Shown here: positions 1-12,785 of the stretch, one piece after another
How the letters are laid out: each line of letters starts with the position of its first letter
How positions within the stretch are numbered: the first letter of the stretch is position 1
DNA from: Eledone cirrhosa
Lineage: Eukaryota
Direction of reading: 5' to 3'
Length of the DNA stretch: 64,000 bases
Assembly: GCA_964016885.1 (NCBI GenBank)
Contig: OZ024743.1
Span: 364,684,001 to 364,748,000, forward strand
Made by a program: the position numbers and the translations under genes
Notes under the pieces: generated by a model
The model's input: the letters and a program-made list of their open reading frames with translations, nothing else
What the model was told of the DNA's origin: nothing
The model's database searches: none

Positions 1-1936
1 CACTGGCATGGGTGTATATTACTGAGGAGAAACCAAGAATACAAGAAACACTGGCATGGGTGTATATTACTGAGGAGAAACCAAGAATACAAGAAACACT
101 GGCATGGGTGTATATTACTGAGGAGAAACCAAGAATACAAGAAACACTGGCATGGGTGTATATTACTGAGGAGAAACCAAGAATACAAGAAACACTGGCA
201 TGGGTGTATATTACTGAGGAGAAACCAAGAATACAAGAAACACTGGCATGGGTGTATATTACTGAGGAGAAACCAAGAATACAAGAAACACTGGCATGGG
301 TGTATATTACTGAGGAGAAACCAAGAATACAAGAAACACTGGCATGGGTGTATATTACTGAGGAGAAACCAAGAATACAAGAAACACTGGCATGGGTGTA
401 TATTACTGAGGAGAAACCAAGAATACAAGAAACACTGGCATGGGTGTATATTACTGAGGAGAAACCAAGAATACAAGAAACACTGGCATGGGTGTATATT
501 ACTGAGGAGAAACCAAGAATACAAGAAACACTGGCATGGGTGTATATTACTGAGGAGAAACCAAGAATACAAGAAACACTGGCATGGGTGTATATTACTG
601 AGGAGAAACCAAGAATACAAGAAACACTGGCATGGGTGTATATTACTGAGGAGAAACCAAGAATACAAGAAACACTGGCATGGGTGTATATTACTGAGGA
701 GAAACCAAGAATACAAGAAACACTGGCATGGGTGTATATTACTGAGGAGAAACCAAGAATACAAGAAACACTGGCATGGGTGTATATTACTGAGGAGAAA
801 CCAAGAATACAAGAAACACTGGCATGGGTGTATATTATTGAGGAGAAACCAAGTATACAAGAAACACTGGCATGGGTGTATATTACTGAGGAGAAACCAA
901 GAATACAAGAAACACTGGCATGGGTGTATATTACTGAGGAGAAACCAAGAATACAAGAAACACTGGCATGGGTGTATATTACTGAGGAGAAACCAAGAAT
1001 ACAAGAAACACTGGCATGGGTGTATATTACTGAGGAGAAACCAAGAATACAAGAAACACTGGCATGGGTGTATATTACTGAGGAGAAACCAAGAATACAA
1101 GAAACACTGGCATGGGTGTATATTACTGAGGAGAAACCAAGAATACAAGAAACACTGGCATGGGTGTATATTACTGAGGAGAAACCAAGAATACAAGAAA
1201 CACTGGCATGGGTGTATATTACTGAGGAGAAACCAAGAATACAAGAAACACTGGCATGGGTGTATATTACTGAGGAGAAACCAAGAATACAAGAAACACT
1301 GGCATGGGTGTATATTACTGAGGAGAAACCAAGAATACAAGAAACACTGGCATGGGTGTATATTACTGAGGAGAAACCAAGAATACAAGAAACACTGGCA
1401 TGGGTGTATATTACTGAGGAGAAACCAAGAATACAAGAAACACTGGCATGGGTGTATATTACTGAGGAGAAACCAAGAATACAAGAAACACTGGCATGGG
1501 TGTATATTACTGAGGAGAAACCAAGAATACAAGAAACACTGGCATGGGTGTATATTACTGAGGAGAAACCAAGAATACAAGAAACACTGGCATGGGTGTA
1601 TATTATTGAGGAGAAACCAAGTATACAAGAAACACTGGCATGGGTGTATGTTACTGAGGAGAAACCAAGAATACAAGAAACACTGGCATGGGTGTATATT
1701 ACTGAGGAGAAACCAAGAATACAAGAAACACTGGCATGGGTGTATATTACTGAGGAGAAACCAAGAATACAAGAAACACTGGCATGGGTGTATATTACTG
1801 AGGAGAAACCAAGAATACAAGAAACACTGGCATGGGTGTATATTACTGAGGAGAAACCAAGAATACAAGAAACACTGGCATGGGTGTATATTACTGAGGA
1901 GAAACCAAGAATACAAGAAACACTGGCATGGGTGTA
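1..1936 (+). repeat. 48-bp tandem minisatellite, about 40 copies, running off the left edge
   Basis: Unit CACTGGCATGGGTGTATATTACTGAGGAGAAACCAAGAATACAAGAAA is repeated almost perfectly. Variants occur only at 838/854, 1606/1622 and 1650. Confidence 0.98.
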
Positions 1937-1944
1937 CAATAATT

Positions 1945-2125
1945 ATGATTTAGGTACAAGCACAGCAATTTTGGGAGCGGAGAAAGTCGATTGAATCGAC
2001 TCCGGAACGATGAAAGACAAAATTGATCTCGGCCGGATTTGAACTCAGAATGTAAAGCGATGTAACTAAATGATGTAAAATATTTTGTCTGACATTTCAC
2101 GATTCTACAAATCAATCGTACTGTA
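1945..2125 (-). mobile_element. Degenerate octopus-type tRNA-derived SINE
   Basis: GATGAAAGACAAAATTGATCTCGGCCGGATTTGAACTCAG matches the SINE core seen many times in this window. Boundaries are approximate. Confidence 0.7.
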
Positions 2126-2217
2126 TAATAATGGCGGAGAACAAAAAAGAAAAAAAAAGTGACGGTGTTGCAAAGAAGTGGTGAGATGGGTGGAATCTTT
2201 GAGTTCCCTGACCTAAA

Positions 2218-2315
2218 GTGTGAGTGTATGTGTGTGTGTATATGTGGTGTGTGTGTGGTGTGTGTGTTTGTGTGTGTGTGTGTGTGTATGGTGTGCGTGT
2301 GTATGTGGTGTATGT

Positions 2316-2366
<51 letters not shown>
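2218..2366. repeat. (GT)n microsatellite
   Basis: Direct reading. Confidence 0.95.
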
Positions 2367-2368
<2 letters not shown>

Positions 2369-4255
2369 TGTTTCAATCAGGGAGATTCTTCGGGGTCATT
2401 CGATTTGCAAGAAATAGAAGCATAATCTTAAAACTACACATTGAAAAAATGTAGTCCTTGATACCTTCTATCTGAAAATGAAAAAAAAAAAAAAAAATGC
2501 AGATGGTTATAAATTATCATAAATCTTTCATCATATATCTGTCTGGTCTGGGAAGACCTGGGGTTAAACAACCACCTCCAGCTTAGTTACCATATAGTGT
2601 GACTTGCATATTGAGGATGGTATCCCACCTAACCGCTTCTAAAATACAGTGGTTAGGGAGTTAGAAGGTGTATAGAGGTGATGAATTTATAGGAAGATGT
2701 TTAGTAGTGATGTAGTATTGGGGTGGGGCATTGTTGTTCAGCTCTAGCTTAGCTATTATTGAACAAAGCTATGATGAAAGGGATTCCAGCCATGACCATC
2801 CCGATTTTTAAATATATCAAGACCCATATAGAAAGCTCCCTCGTTAATTTGTTAGTGGTGTGTGTGTATGCGTACTGGTGTATCTGTTGTGGTGTATGTG
2901 ACGTTATTGGGTTTACCTACCCAGCCAGCTGCCTGCTAAGATAGCCATCAAGCATGCCCAATGGATACGCCACTATTTTTCTCGAGTTGCCTCCCTAGCG
3001 GACTTCTTCCATTTTGGGTATGTAGAAACATATGTGTCAATCTTCATCTTTATATATCAAAGCTTGACACCCGTGCCTTCCTTAAAAAAATAAAACAAGG
3101 AACAATGAAACTATTTTTAATTGCTCTCTATGTTTATATTTTAACTACCAAAACACACAGCAGCGTAGAACCCGAGAACGTTTTACGACATTGGTTTTTA
3201 AACACATCAGGGGATATTAGAGAATGATAGGACGAGTTTGAATTGTGAAAGTTTATGTGTAAGTAGTACAGAACCAGTCAACAATACGAGTCAACGATGG
3301 GACTTTTATGTGGGAGCTTGATGCGCTAGATATATAAGCCAAACATCCCACAAATCACAACTTACTGTCTTAAAAAGGTTACATTGGATAATGTATTCCT
3401 AGATTCACTGTATCTGAAAAACGAAAACAAACAAACAAAAAACCTGGGCGGTTACAGCTGGAATACATTTTGAACATAGACCTGATCAGTGAAAGCTGAC
3501 CTGGGGTTAAATAACAGCAAAATGATAGCCAACCACTGGACACCAAGGAAGTCTTTAGGTAATCAAACAAATTTCCCTCACATCGCAAAATTGAGAAAAA
3601 ATAAAATAAAGACATATTGGCTAATGGCATTTTAATTTTCTTGAAAAAAGAAACAAAACAAGGTAGTGTCACGGTTGAAAGGTGCTGGTCAAAAGTCTGC
3701 TTAATCAGTGCTGCACTGGGGCTAAACAACAAAAACGACAGCAAATGTGACACAAGTAAAGCAACAGGCACAACACATACCAACACACTCACGCACCCAC
3801 ATAAATACATATCTATCCACAAACATAAACGTACACAAATATACACATACACAAACGCTTGTGCACACACACACACACACAGAATGACACATAAAAAGAA
3901 TTCCTTTCAGGTTTGGCGCCAACCAGTAAGCTGCAGGCGTATAATTCTTATTACAAACTCAGTATGTATTCGTGTACTTTGGCGAATATATATGAGAGAG
4001 TGCGTTTTGTTGTTGGTGTAGTAACAGTAGCAGTTGTTGTTTGTGTGGTGGTTAGGTGACGGGTGAGTGGCTGCGTGTGTGCAAGTGATGCGTGTGCTTG
4101 AAATATAAATCATGTGAAATTTCTGCTATCTTTTGGAACCGGATCTCGGCATCATAACTAAGATTCCCCTCCTCCTGTCTTCGTGAACAAAACGAGACTT
4201 CACAAGACATTTATATTAATCACTTAAAAAAAATGCATATGCACACACACACACA

Positions 4256-4297
<42 letters not shown>

Positions 4298-4630
4298 TAC
4301 TCACTCACTCACACACACACACGCGCACACAGACTCATTATATGTACATATAACATATCAATTTGAAAAAAAGAGTCCCGCGTGGCTAAAAACATAGGAA
4401 TGAATAAAAAATATGAGCGAAGACAGTAAAATGACCGAATACAGACAGTCCCATCTCATCAGTAGAGATACATTGTTTCTGTGCACAACGGACAGTAATA
4501 AATGAACAAAGGACAAGACGATAGTCTTAACGATTATTTACAAATAAGAGAAAATTTGCCACTAACCCATTAACTGAAACGTCGGACGAGCCACCATTGC
4601 TCGAGACGCAAAATTAAGTTTTATACTTTT

Positions 4631-4775
4631 CATCATCATCATCCGGTGGCCTCAGCCGAAATGGACTCAACAATTGATCTCCACGTAGGTCTGTCGTTCA
4701 TTGCCGTTGCCAAGTCCTGGATTTCAATACCAGAATCTCTGGAGATGACATTGGGGTAGGAGAGCTTGCGCCCCC
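4631..4775 (-). mobile_element. 3' end of an RTE-clade LINE with a (GAT)n tail
   Basis: Minus-strand peptide KLSYPNVISRDSGIEIQDLATAMNDRPTWRSIV resembles an RTE C-terminus (A.DR..WR) and is followed by TGATGATGATGA. Confidence 0.7.
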
Positions 4776-5646
4776 TGTTATTAGTGATTATTTGTGGTTT
4801 TAGTACATTCAACGTCAATAACCTTGGACCTCTTGGAAGACTTGATGAGCTAGTACTGAGCGCTAAATCCAATACTTTTCATACAGTGCTTCATTTTCGT
4901 TTCTCCGTGTATAGAATTAAATGTACGACGGTTAAGTCGTACAAATTGTGACCAACAGGGCTAGCTAGATCGTAAACACACATAGAACATGACGTGAAAT
5001 GGGTGAGTGGAATGCTGTCTGGTTTTAACCAACACAACTAGATGCTGTGGAAGACACCACGACAAAAGAACGAAACAACAGTCTCGTGATAGGAGAGGAG
5101 ATATGTCACTCTCAATAGGCAACTCGACAAAAGAAGAGCGGAGAGAGCCGCGTGCCCCACAGATAATATTGCAATATTGACAACAGGTATATCGTGGTCA
5201 TCGGCTGCTGAAATGGACGTACACAGTTTCGACCACTACTAAGAGTACTGCTGGTCCATTCAAGTTCACAATGTCAGATATTAGATGTAGGGAGTGTGAT
5301 TCGGCTGTTATTTCTTGCGACTCGAATGACCACAATTACATACTCTCATTCTTTCATTGATCAATTCAATCTGTTAGGAGATCGAATGTCTTTTTGCTTA
5401 ATCGAAACTATGTGACTTGAGGTAATCTAGCTGTTCGATCGACTGCGTAGAGGCTACTTCGTCGTTCTGTTAATCAGATGTGTCTGATAAGTTTTATATG
5501 CGCCTGTTATCGTGTGTAAGTATGTAAGTACTTTCTCTCGCCCTGGATATACATATATATAAGAGATGGTAACATGAACGGACCAGTTATTTTTATCTAA
5601 AGACCCCCCCCCCCCGTCCCTTCAATCTATCTAATTTCTCATTCTT

Positions 5647-5682
5647 TCTTCTGATGAAGGACTAGCGTCTGAAATGTTAAGA
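5647..5682 (+). ncRNA. Minimal type-I hammerhead motif, degenerate
   Basis: TCTT-CTGATGA-A-GGAC(TAGC)GTCT-GAAA-TG-TT-AAGA. Confidence 0.55.
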
Positions 5683-5834
5683 CACTCTTCCTGTTATATC
5701 AAGCGTTAACCTAATATGTTCCTTCCATATACTGTACCGATTGTGTTATTATTTCTGTTTACCTTTTACACACACACATATACATGTGTTGGAAAACTTA
5801 AAAATAAAAGCATATTACACCCAAATAGTAGGCG

Positions 5835-5983
5835 TATGACTGGTACTTTATTTTATCGACGCCGTAAGGATGAAAGGCAAAGTTAACCACGACGGCATTT
5901 GAACTCAGATCATAAAGGGCCGTAACTCTATGCGGTAAAGCATGGCGTCCGACCCTCTATCGATACTGCCAATCCACCGCCCT
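5835..5983 (-). mobile_element. tRNA-derived SINE
   Basis: CTGGTACTTTATTTTATCGACGCCGTAAGGATGAAAGGCAAAGT...TTTGAACTCAG, with the B-box on the minus strand. Confidence 0.8.
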
Positions 5984-6103
5984 AATCGAATATTAATAAT
6001 AAATATTCGATTCGTTTGTAATTATGCAAACAACCTCTTTTATAAGCCATGTCAGTAGAAGGAGCCCCCCCCCATTCTTGCTCTTGTGTTGGCATGCAAA
6101 CAG

Positions 6104-6152
6104 AACTGCAGACACTAATGTTTCTGGGTGATTACCCTTTATCAGTGCAGTT
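6104..6152 (-). ncRNA. Type-I hammerhead, family C copy 1 (G8>A)
   Basis: AACTGCA-CTGATAA-A-GGGT(AATC)ACCC-A-GAAA-CA(TTAG)TG-TC-TGCAGTT. Confidence 0.7.
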
Positions 6153-6567
6153 TACTGCTTACCTGCCAACTGTCAGAGCTAGTGAAAATATATGATATTT
6201 TCTGAAATATATAGTGACTGATTTGCATATTAGCAGACCGGCTGATCAATCAGATCTGCATATTAGCAGACCCACGAATCGAATATTATTATTAATATTT
6301 GAAAAACTCAGATTACATTTATTGTATTCAGCCATGTAGAGCGATAACTAATCGTTAGTTATTTGAATATGGCAAAGCCGGCCATTAATCGCTCGTATAC
6401 ATGAAACTGACTGGCCTATCTGCTGATATGCAAAGTATTTCTTTAGTCAAAATACGGCGATAGCTTATATTTATAATTTCAAACTCGCTCGCTGTTTCGA
6501 AAATATTCTTACTTGACATTACAGTTGCTAAGATTATAGCTTCTAATTTGAATGGAAGAAGACGGGT

Positions 6568-6638
6568 AACGTGTTGGTGTAATGGTAGCACAGTGTTCTG
6601 GATAACTAAAGATGTGGGTTCGACTCCCATGTATGTCA
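6568..6638 (+). pseudogene. tRNA-like sequence (Gln-like A box) with a degenerate anticodon arm
   Basis: A box TGGTGTAATGG, D stem GTGT/GCAC, T arm GTGGG-TTCGACT-CCCAT, weak acceptor stem, T5 at 6648-6652. Confidence 0.6.
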
Positions 6639-6948
6639 ATACTCATCTTTTTCCATTTCTCCGAGGGTTCTTAACCCCACTATCAGGTTAAATAATTTCT
6701 TTAGTCAAAATACAGCGATAGCTTATATTTATAATTTCAAACTCGCTCGCTGTTTCGAAAATATTCTTACTTTATATATATATATAAATTTTCGCTCTAC
6801 ATGGCTGAATACAATAAATGTAATCTGAGCTTTTCGAATATTAATAATAATATTCGATTAGTTTGCAATTATGCAAACAAGCCTCATTTTTAAAGCCATG
6901 TCAGTAGAATAAGCTCCCCATTCTTGCTCTTGTGTTGGCATGTAAACA

Positions 6949-6998
6949 GAACTGCAGACTCTAATGTTTCTGGCTATTACCCTTCATCAGTATAGTTC
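6949..6998 (-). ncRNA. Type-I hammerhead, family C copy 2
   Basis: GAACTATA-CTGATGA-AGGGTAATAGCCA-GAAA-CATTAGAG-TC-TGCAGTTC. The core is intact and the stems are partly mutated. Confidence 0.7.
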
Positions 6999-7435
6999 AC
7001 TGTTCACCTACCAACTGTCAGAGCTAGTGAAAATATATGATATTTTCTAAAATATACAGTGACTTGATCGGCCTGATTTGCATATTAGCAGACTGGCTGA
7101 TCAGTCAGATCTGCATATTAGCAGATCCACTGATCAGCCAGATTTGCATATCAGCAGACTGGCCAGTCAGTTTCCTGTATACGAGCAATTAATGGCCGAC
7201 TTTGCCACACTCAAGTGGAAAAAATATTTCGCTCTACATGGCTCAATACAATAAATGTAATCTGAGTTTTTCGAATATAAACTGACATGGCTTTAAAAAT
7301 GAGGCTTGTTTGCATGATTGCAAACTAATCGAATATTATTATTGATATTCGAAAGCAAAGGCACTTTCTTCTTTGTCAATACAATAAGATGGGTAGGGAA
7401 AGCCATGCCTACTTGGCCAGCAGATAGTAGCAGAC

Positions 7436-10400
7436 ATGGACAAAGGAATGCCAACATTATCGCCTCAACATTTAGAAAAGGAACAAGCTTCAGTTGCTTG
7501 TAAGCAACCGAACACGCCTGACGTCACAAACGTCAAATGTATCCACACACAGAAGGAAGAATGTGTAGCAAATACTAACACCACCACAAGCAACAATAAC
7601 AACAACACAATAAATGAGAACAACAACAATACAACAAAAGGAATCAGCGGCAACTCAACGAATGAGACCATCATCACCACTAACAACAACAACATTTCAT
7701 TTGCAGCAACCGTTGCTAAGCAACAGGATTTTAAATATTACCTCATGGACATTTCCCAAAAGTCCCAATAATTGGAAGAAGCTTCCAAATATGTGACATT
7801 TGAGGGAGACACCCCACACATACACATACCCGCACAAGTAAGAGAGATGACACAGAAAAAGAAAATAATCTATAGAACAGTTGACATCATTACCAAAAAA
7901 CACATAACGCTCCCAACAAGCACTATTGAAGCTGCACTAAAAGATATCAAGCCAGACGTGGCATACCTTCAAAGAGCTAAACAGTATGGAAGTGTGTCAG
8001 TGCTCTTTAAGTGTGAAACTCTGGCTAAAAAACACTCGGTTCACCCAATAAAAACGGATCAACACATCTTCTTCCCCACATACATGGGTAGAAGATCCTG
8101 CAAAATAAAAATAACCAGGATCCCAGCAGAGGTCAACATATGGTGGATCCTACGCTGCATCCTGAAGAAGGATGAGGACACCCTCCTATCTGTACACAGG
8201 ACAGACCGGAATAACTGGTTTGGAACCTACATCGAGGTTCTGGTATAAATGAGGCCAGGGAGAGTTGAGAAAATCCCGGACGGGATCGTCCTTGAGGAAG
8301 ATGTCATCTTCATTTAGTGGAGGGGAAAAGACCTCAGTCCCATAAGTGTGGGAAAACCACACGCTTAAAGGCCTTTTGGCCTCTCTTAAACAAACCGAGG
8401 GCAAACAAGGTGTTATTACCAACACCAAAACCCAAACATCAACACCCCAAACCAAACACAACACAAAAACCTGCAACATCCACTCCCACACCACCACAGA
8501 CGAGAGACAACCACACACAAAATCCCACTGAAAAAACCCTCCATTGCCTCCTCCCTCCCTGTCAAATACTTCTATAAACACCTGCACAAACACTCCACAA
8601 CACAACATACCCCTCTCATCTACCCCTGATTCAGAAGTCTCAGACACGGGAACGTCTACATCTCCAAGTGAGAATGAAGTGGAACCCCAAAAATCCAAAA
8701 ATAAAAAAAAGAGAAAAAAAAACACAAAAGCAAAAACATCTACAGAAAACACACACACACACAACCCCACCATAAACACACCGCCACAAACGACAAACAC
8801 ACCACCAACACAATCACCACCAACACAACCAAACACTTCACCAACAAAACAAACACCCACACCACCACAATCACAAACCCTAACCACAAAAAGAAAACTA
8901 CAAACAGAAACAGTACACATAAAAAACAAAACATTACACATACATAAAAACAACAAACCAAGAATGGACCCTACTATCCAAACGGAAGGGAAAACCTTCC
9001 CCACCAACGACTCACCTCCAAACCTCAAACTGATCAGGGTAACAATCCTTCAACATGAAACATTTAAAGGGACCTTCCCACATGATGTGGGCCCTCTTGC
9101 CAAAAGCCCCTTAACCGTGTCCTGCTAAAAGGATTCCCTCCCTCCCAAACACCCCCAATCGGGACATGGAGATCGAACAACCCGACCTCCAGGAAACGAA
9201 AAGGTAAGTGTTCCTGCCTTTTCTCTCCCTAACTCTTCGACTATACAAGTTGGATGTTTGAATGTACGTGACCTGGGCATGCCCTGGAAACAGGGCCAGC
9301 TTTTAAATGATCTCAGGTCATATTGTATAGATGTGATAGCCATCACCGAGTCCAGGATTCACGACAAGCAGCAGCTAATCCCCATGTTCGATGACTTTGA
9401 GATCTACGCATCTCTCTGTCAGCCAGAAGGTGGAGGGGAGTTGCCGTTCTGTTTCGAAAAATCCTGGATCTCAAAGTACAGACGATTCACATGGACCCGG
9501 AGGGCAGCTTGGTGGTCCTGGGCGTGAATGGTAGTGAAGGTGGAGCTTTCAGGCTGGTGGCGACTGGGACATCGCGACCAGACTTCTTCAGGCATCTGGA
9601 GCCATTCCTGGGAACGTCTCGCTCCTTAGTGTTAGCGGGGGACTGGAATGGCATCTTAGATGCACGTTGGGACTATGTAGGAGCTTGTGATAATAGAGGG
9701 GGTGTAATAGCCTAAAAAATCTCATCAGCCAATTCCAACTGGCTGATAGATATCTACTAGACTTCTCAAGTGTACCTCTGTGGACGTGGAGCAACCCCAC
9801 TGGATCTTCTAGATCGTATTTAGATAGATTTTTAATTAGACTGAAAGATAAGGAAACATTAAGCTGTCCACAAATGCACATGGTTGCCTATTCAGACCAC
9901 AAATTACTCACCTGCGTAGTCAACCTTGATAGAACACATAGACAGGGAGCCGGATACTGGAAGCTAAACATGTCGCTTCCGGCGCGTAAGGCCTACAGTA
10001 AATGGATTAGCACCTTAGTTAAGTGCCAGTTAACAGGGGCGATCGTCAACAACAGATAGTGGAGCTCTCTCAAGAGAGCAATTAGAATAGAATCGATAGC
10101 ATTTAGCAAGGAAGTAGCTTTAGAAAAAAAACAAAACCGAAAAGGAACCGGTAGCTAAAGTAGAAGAGGCACTTAGGAATGGCAGTACAGCTGACGTACT
10201 AGCGGCGAGAACGGCTCTAGACCAGTTCTTCAACGTGAAACACGAAGGTTGTATTGTCAGAAGTAGAACACGTGCTCTAAGAAACGAGGGAGCCAAAGCT
10301 GTTAGCTGGGCCTGAGTGGCAGAGGCGAAAAGTAGCAACAAATCCACAATTCGGTCTTTGCAAGACAAAGATGGACGCATTCTACTTGAATCCAAACAGA

Positions 10401-12700
10401 TGTGCACGGCCTTCCAGCAGCACTTTGCACAACTGTTCGGGCAAAGCGGTACGTCAAGGGAGGTGATGGACTTCAGCTCCTACCTCGACGGCGTACCACA
10501 ACTCTCGACCATGGATGCAGAGAGCTGCGAAAGGGCGATCACAGCGGGCGAAATAGAAGATGCCCTAGACCGTTGCGGGAAACGCAAATCACCCGGTTTA
10601 GATGGTCTACCCTATGAGTTTTACATAGGCATGCCAGACTTGTTCTCTGGCGTCATGGAAGCGGTCTACTGCAACTGGCAGCAGAACGGGAGAATTCCCA
10701 GTTCTGTAGGCAGAGGCGTAGTAACGCTGATCAGGAAAGATGAGAACAAGGGGGATGAGATAAGCAATTTCAGGCCCATAACTCTGCTCAACACAGTTAA
10801 AGATTTTGGCCAAGGTGTTAGCAACGAGGCTGGCGCTTGTCGTCGAGAACTTGGTATGGGAAGCGCAAACGTGTGCAATCGCGACCAGGTCCATACACGA
10901 CAACCTCCATCTCATGCGATACATCATAGAGAGGGTTGGGTGTAAACCAGGCTTCGATGGGGCTCTGATCAATTTAGATCAGTCTAAGGCATTTGATAGG
11001 TTCGACCATCAATACTTGAAAGCGGTTCTCATGGCGGCGGGCTTCCGTCTCGTCTTCAGAGGCTGGATCGCTGCCATGCACACCAGCATCTGTTCGGCAG
11101 TCAAGGTGAATGGCTACCTATCGGAGCCATTCCAAATCATGCGTTCCATCCGTCAGGGGTGCCCTCTCTCCTCCATTCTGTATGTATTGACTCTCGAGTC
11201 AGTACTGCGGAAGCTGGATCTGTTGCAGGGCATACCGATCGAACCAGGACTACGGAAAGCAACGTCGGCCTATGCCGACGAATTAACCGTAATGGTGTCG
11301 AAAACTTCGGACACCGGGGTAATCGGCAACCTATTACAGGAATACGAAACGTTGACAGGAGCAAGACTAAACCCAAACAAGTCTGTCGGTTTGCAGCTCG
11401 GCACATGGAGAGGCAAACCCATGCCTTCCGACAGTGTCGTTGGACGCTGGACAGAAGGACCGGTGAAATTGCTCGGGGTCTGGTTTGGTCCAGACCTCCA
11501 GGTGGACAAGAACTGGAAAGAGGTCACGGCGAAGATGCTTACACTCACCCAAAAGTGGACTGAGTGCAAACTCTCATTGAAACGTCAAGCGGAGGTGGCG
11601 AACACTTACATAGCGTCCCTCATCTACTACCTCTTGAAAGTCGTGCCTTGTCCCCGCGAATACCTCACCAAAATGGAACGCCTACTCTTCAAGTTCCTCT
11701 GGAAGAAACAAGCTCCATTGGTGAGGAGATCCATCTGCTGTCAACACCCTTCTAACGGAGGACTGGGCATGCCGTGGATGATGATGCACAAACACGCACT
11801 GAGGCTACGCCATCTCCAGGTATTCCTGACCGGCGAACCGGTGTGGCTGTCGTTTGTGAGACGAGCTCTTCCACAACTCGTCTCACTAACAGAGCTGCAG
11901 TCCTGGGTCAAGCGAAGACCGAAAATGGGCACCTGGCACCTCGAGTGCCTTCCAAGCGGAAACGGCAATCAGCGGAGAATCCACTTCGACATTCTATATG
12001 GCATTAGTGGAGGATAAGTGCAACGCGTTCTCGGGGAAACTCTAGGCATCGAGGAAGACGAACTGACCAGTCAGTTCGGGAGGACTTTCCGTCCATGGCC
12101 TATGGATAACTTCCAGAGGGGTCTGGCCTGGCAGTGCTACCGAGGAGCTCTACCAGTTCGAGACAAAAACTACAGGCACGGACAGAGATCCTGTCAAAAG
12201 GACCTGTCCAAGATGCGAGCAGGACATCGAAACCGTTCTGCACGCAATTGTTCAGTGCCCAGGGGTGACTGTTCAGTGCCCAGGGTGACTGTCACGTGTA
12301 GGACGCATCCAGTTGTCAGCCGAGTCCATCGTGAGGATCACCCCGTAGCCTTTATTTAAGAATGAAGGAGAGGCAGTCTTCTTGTTGGTGGCTATCGCAA
12401 AAGAGGTAATATGGTGGACGAGGAATGGGCCTTCTCTGTATATAAACCTGTAGGTTAGGAAGATAAACAGAGGGAAGACGGGAACACCTACAAAACATGT
12501 TCCTGGTGTTGAAGGTTGTTCTATCCACGGGGTGTAAAACAACCCCGCAGTAGCGTACCCCCCCCCCCTAATGGGGAGTTCAATTGTTTTATTTTTATTT
12601 AGTTTATTGTTATTTATCATTGTTAAAGATTCTATGTAAAACCCCCGCCGTCACGTCTTGCAATGTCCCATTTCTGTACGCCCCTGTGGCAAATAAAGAA
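7436..12700 (+). mobile_element. Near full-length decayed Tx1/L1-clade LINE (ORF1; ORF2 with APE and RT)
   Basis: APE motifs CLNVRDL, ITES, GDWN, LDRFL, SDH. RT motifs SPGLDGLP, FRPITLLN, DQSKAFD, RQGCPLS, AYADE. AATAAA at about 12692. Multiple stops and frameshifts. Confidence 0.93.
10316..12017 (+). pseudogene. Reverse transcriptase region of the Tx1-like LINE, frameshifted near 10800
   Basis: ORFs 10316-10945 and 10806-12017 carry consecutive RT motifs. Confidence 0.9.
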
Positions 12701-12785
12701 AGATATCTATATTAACCAATGCTGGGAAGCAGTCACTGGTTTATTTGAGACAAATTTGGAAATAATGTAAAAAAAAAAAAAATAA

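Larger units (their letters stand above)
5987..7352 (-). mobile_element. Two copies of a ~437-bp HHR/octamer cassette (family C), each with an inverted terminal segment
   Basis: 5987-6272 aligns with 6834-7130. The unit start TTCGCTCTACATGGCT recurs at 6791 and 7228. 6277-6434 and 7280-7352 are reverse complements of unit parts. Confidence 0.8.

Noticed and set aside
1-1936. CRISPR-like array
   Set aside because: There are no unique spacers, and the context is eukaryotic.
12-1994. 660-aa and 371-aa repetitive ORFs
   Set aside because: They result from a stop-free 48-bp repeat. There is no domain and no codon-level variation pattern.
6443-6520. Hammerhead-like three-way junction on the minus strand (GTCAA / GAAA-CAGCGA...TCGCYG-TA-TTTTGAC)
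   Set aside because: The CUGANGA box is absent, so it cannot be called a ribozyme.
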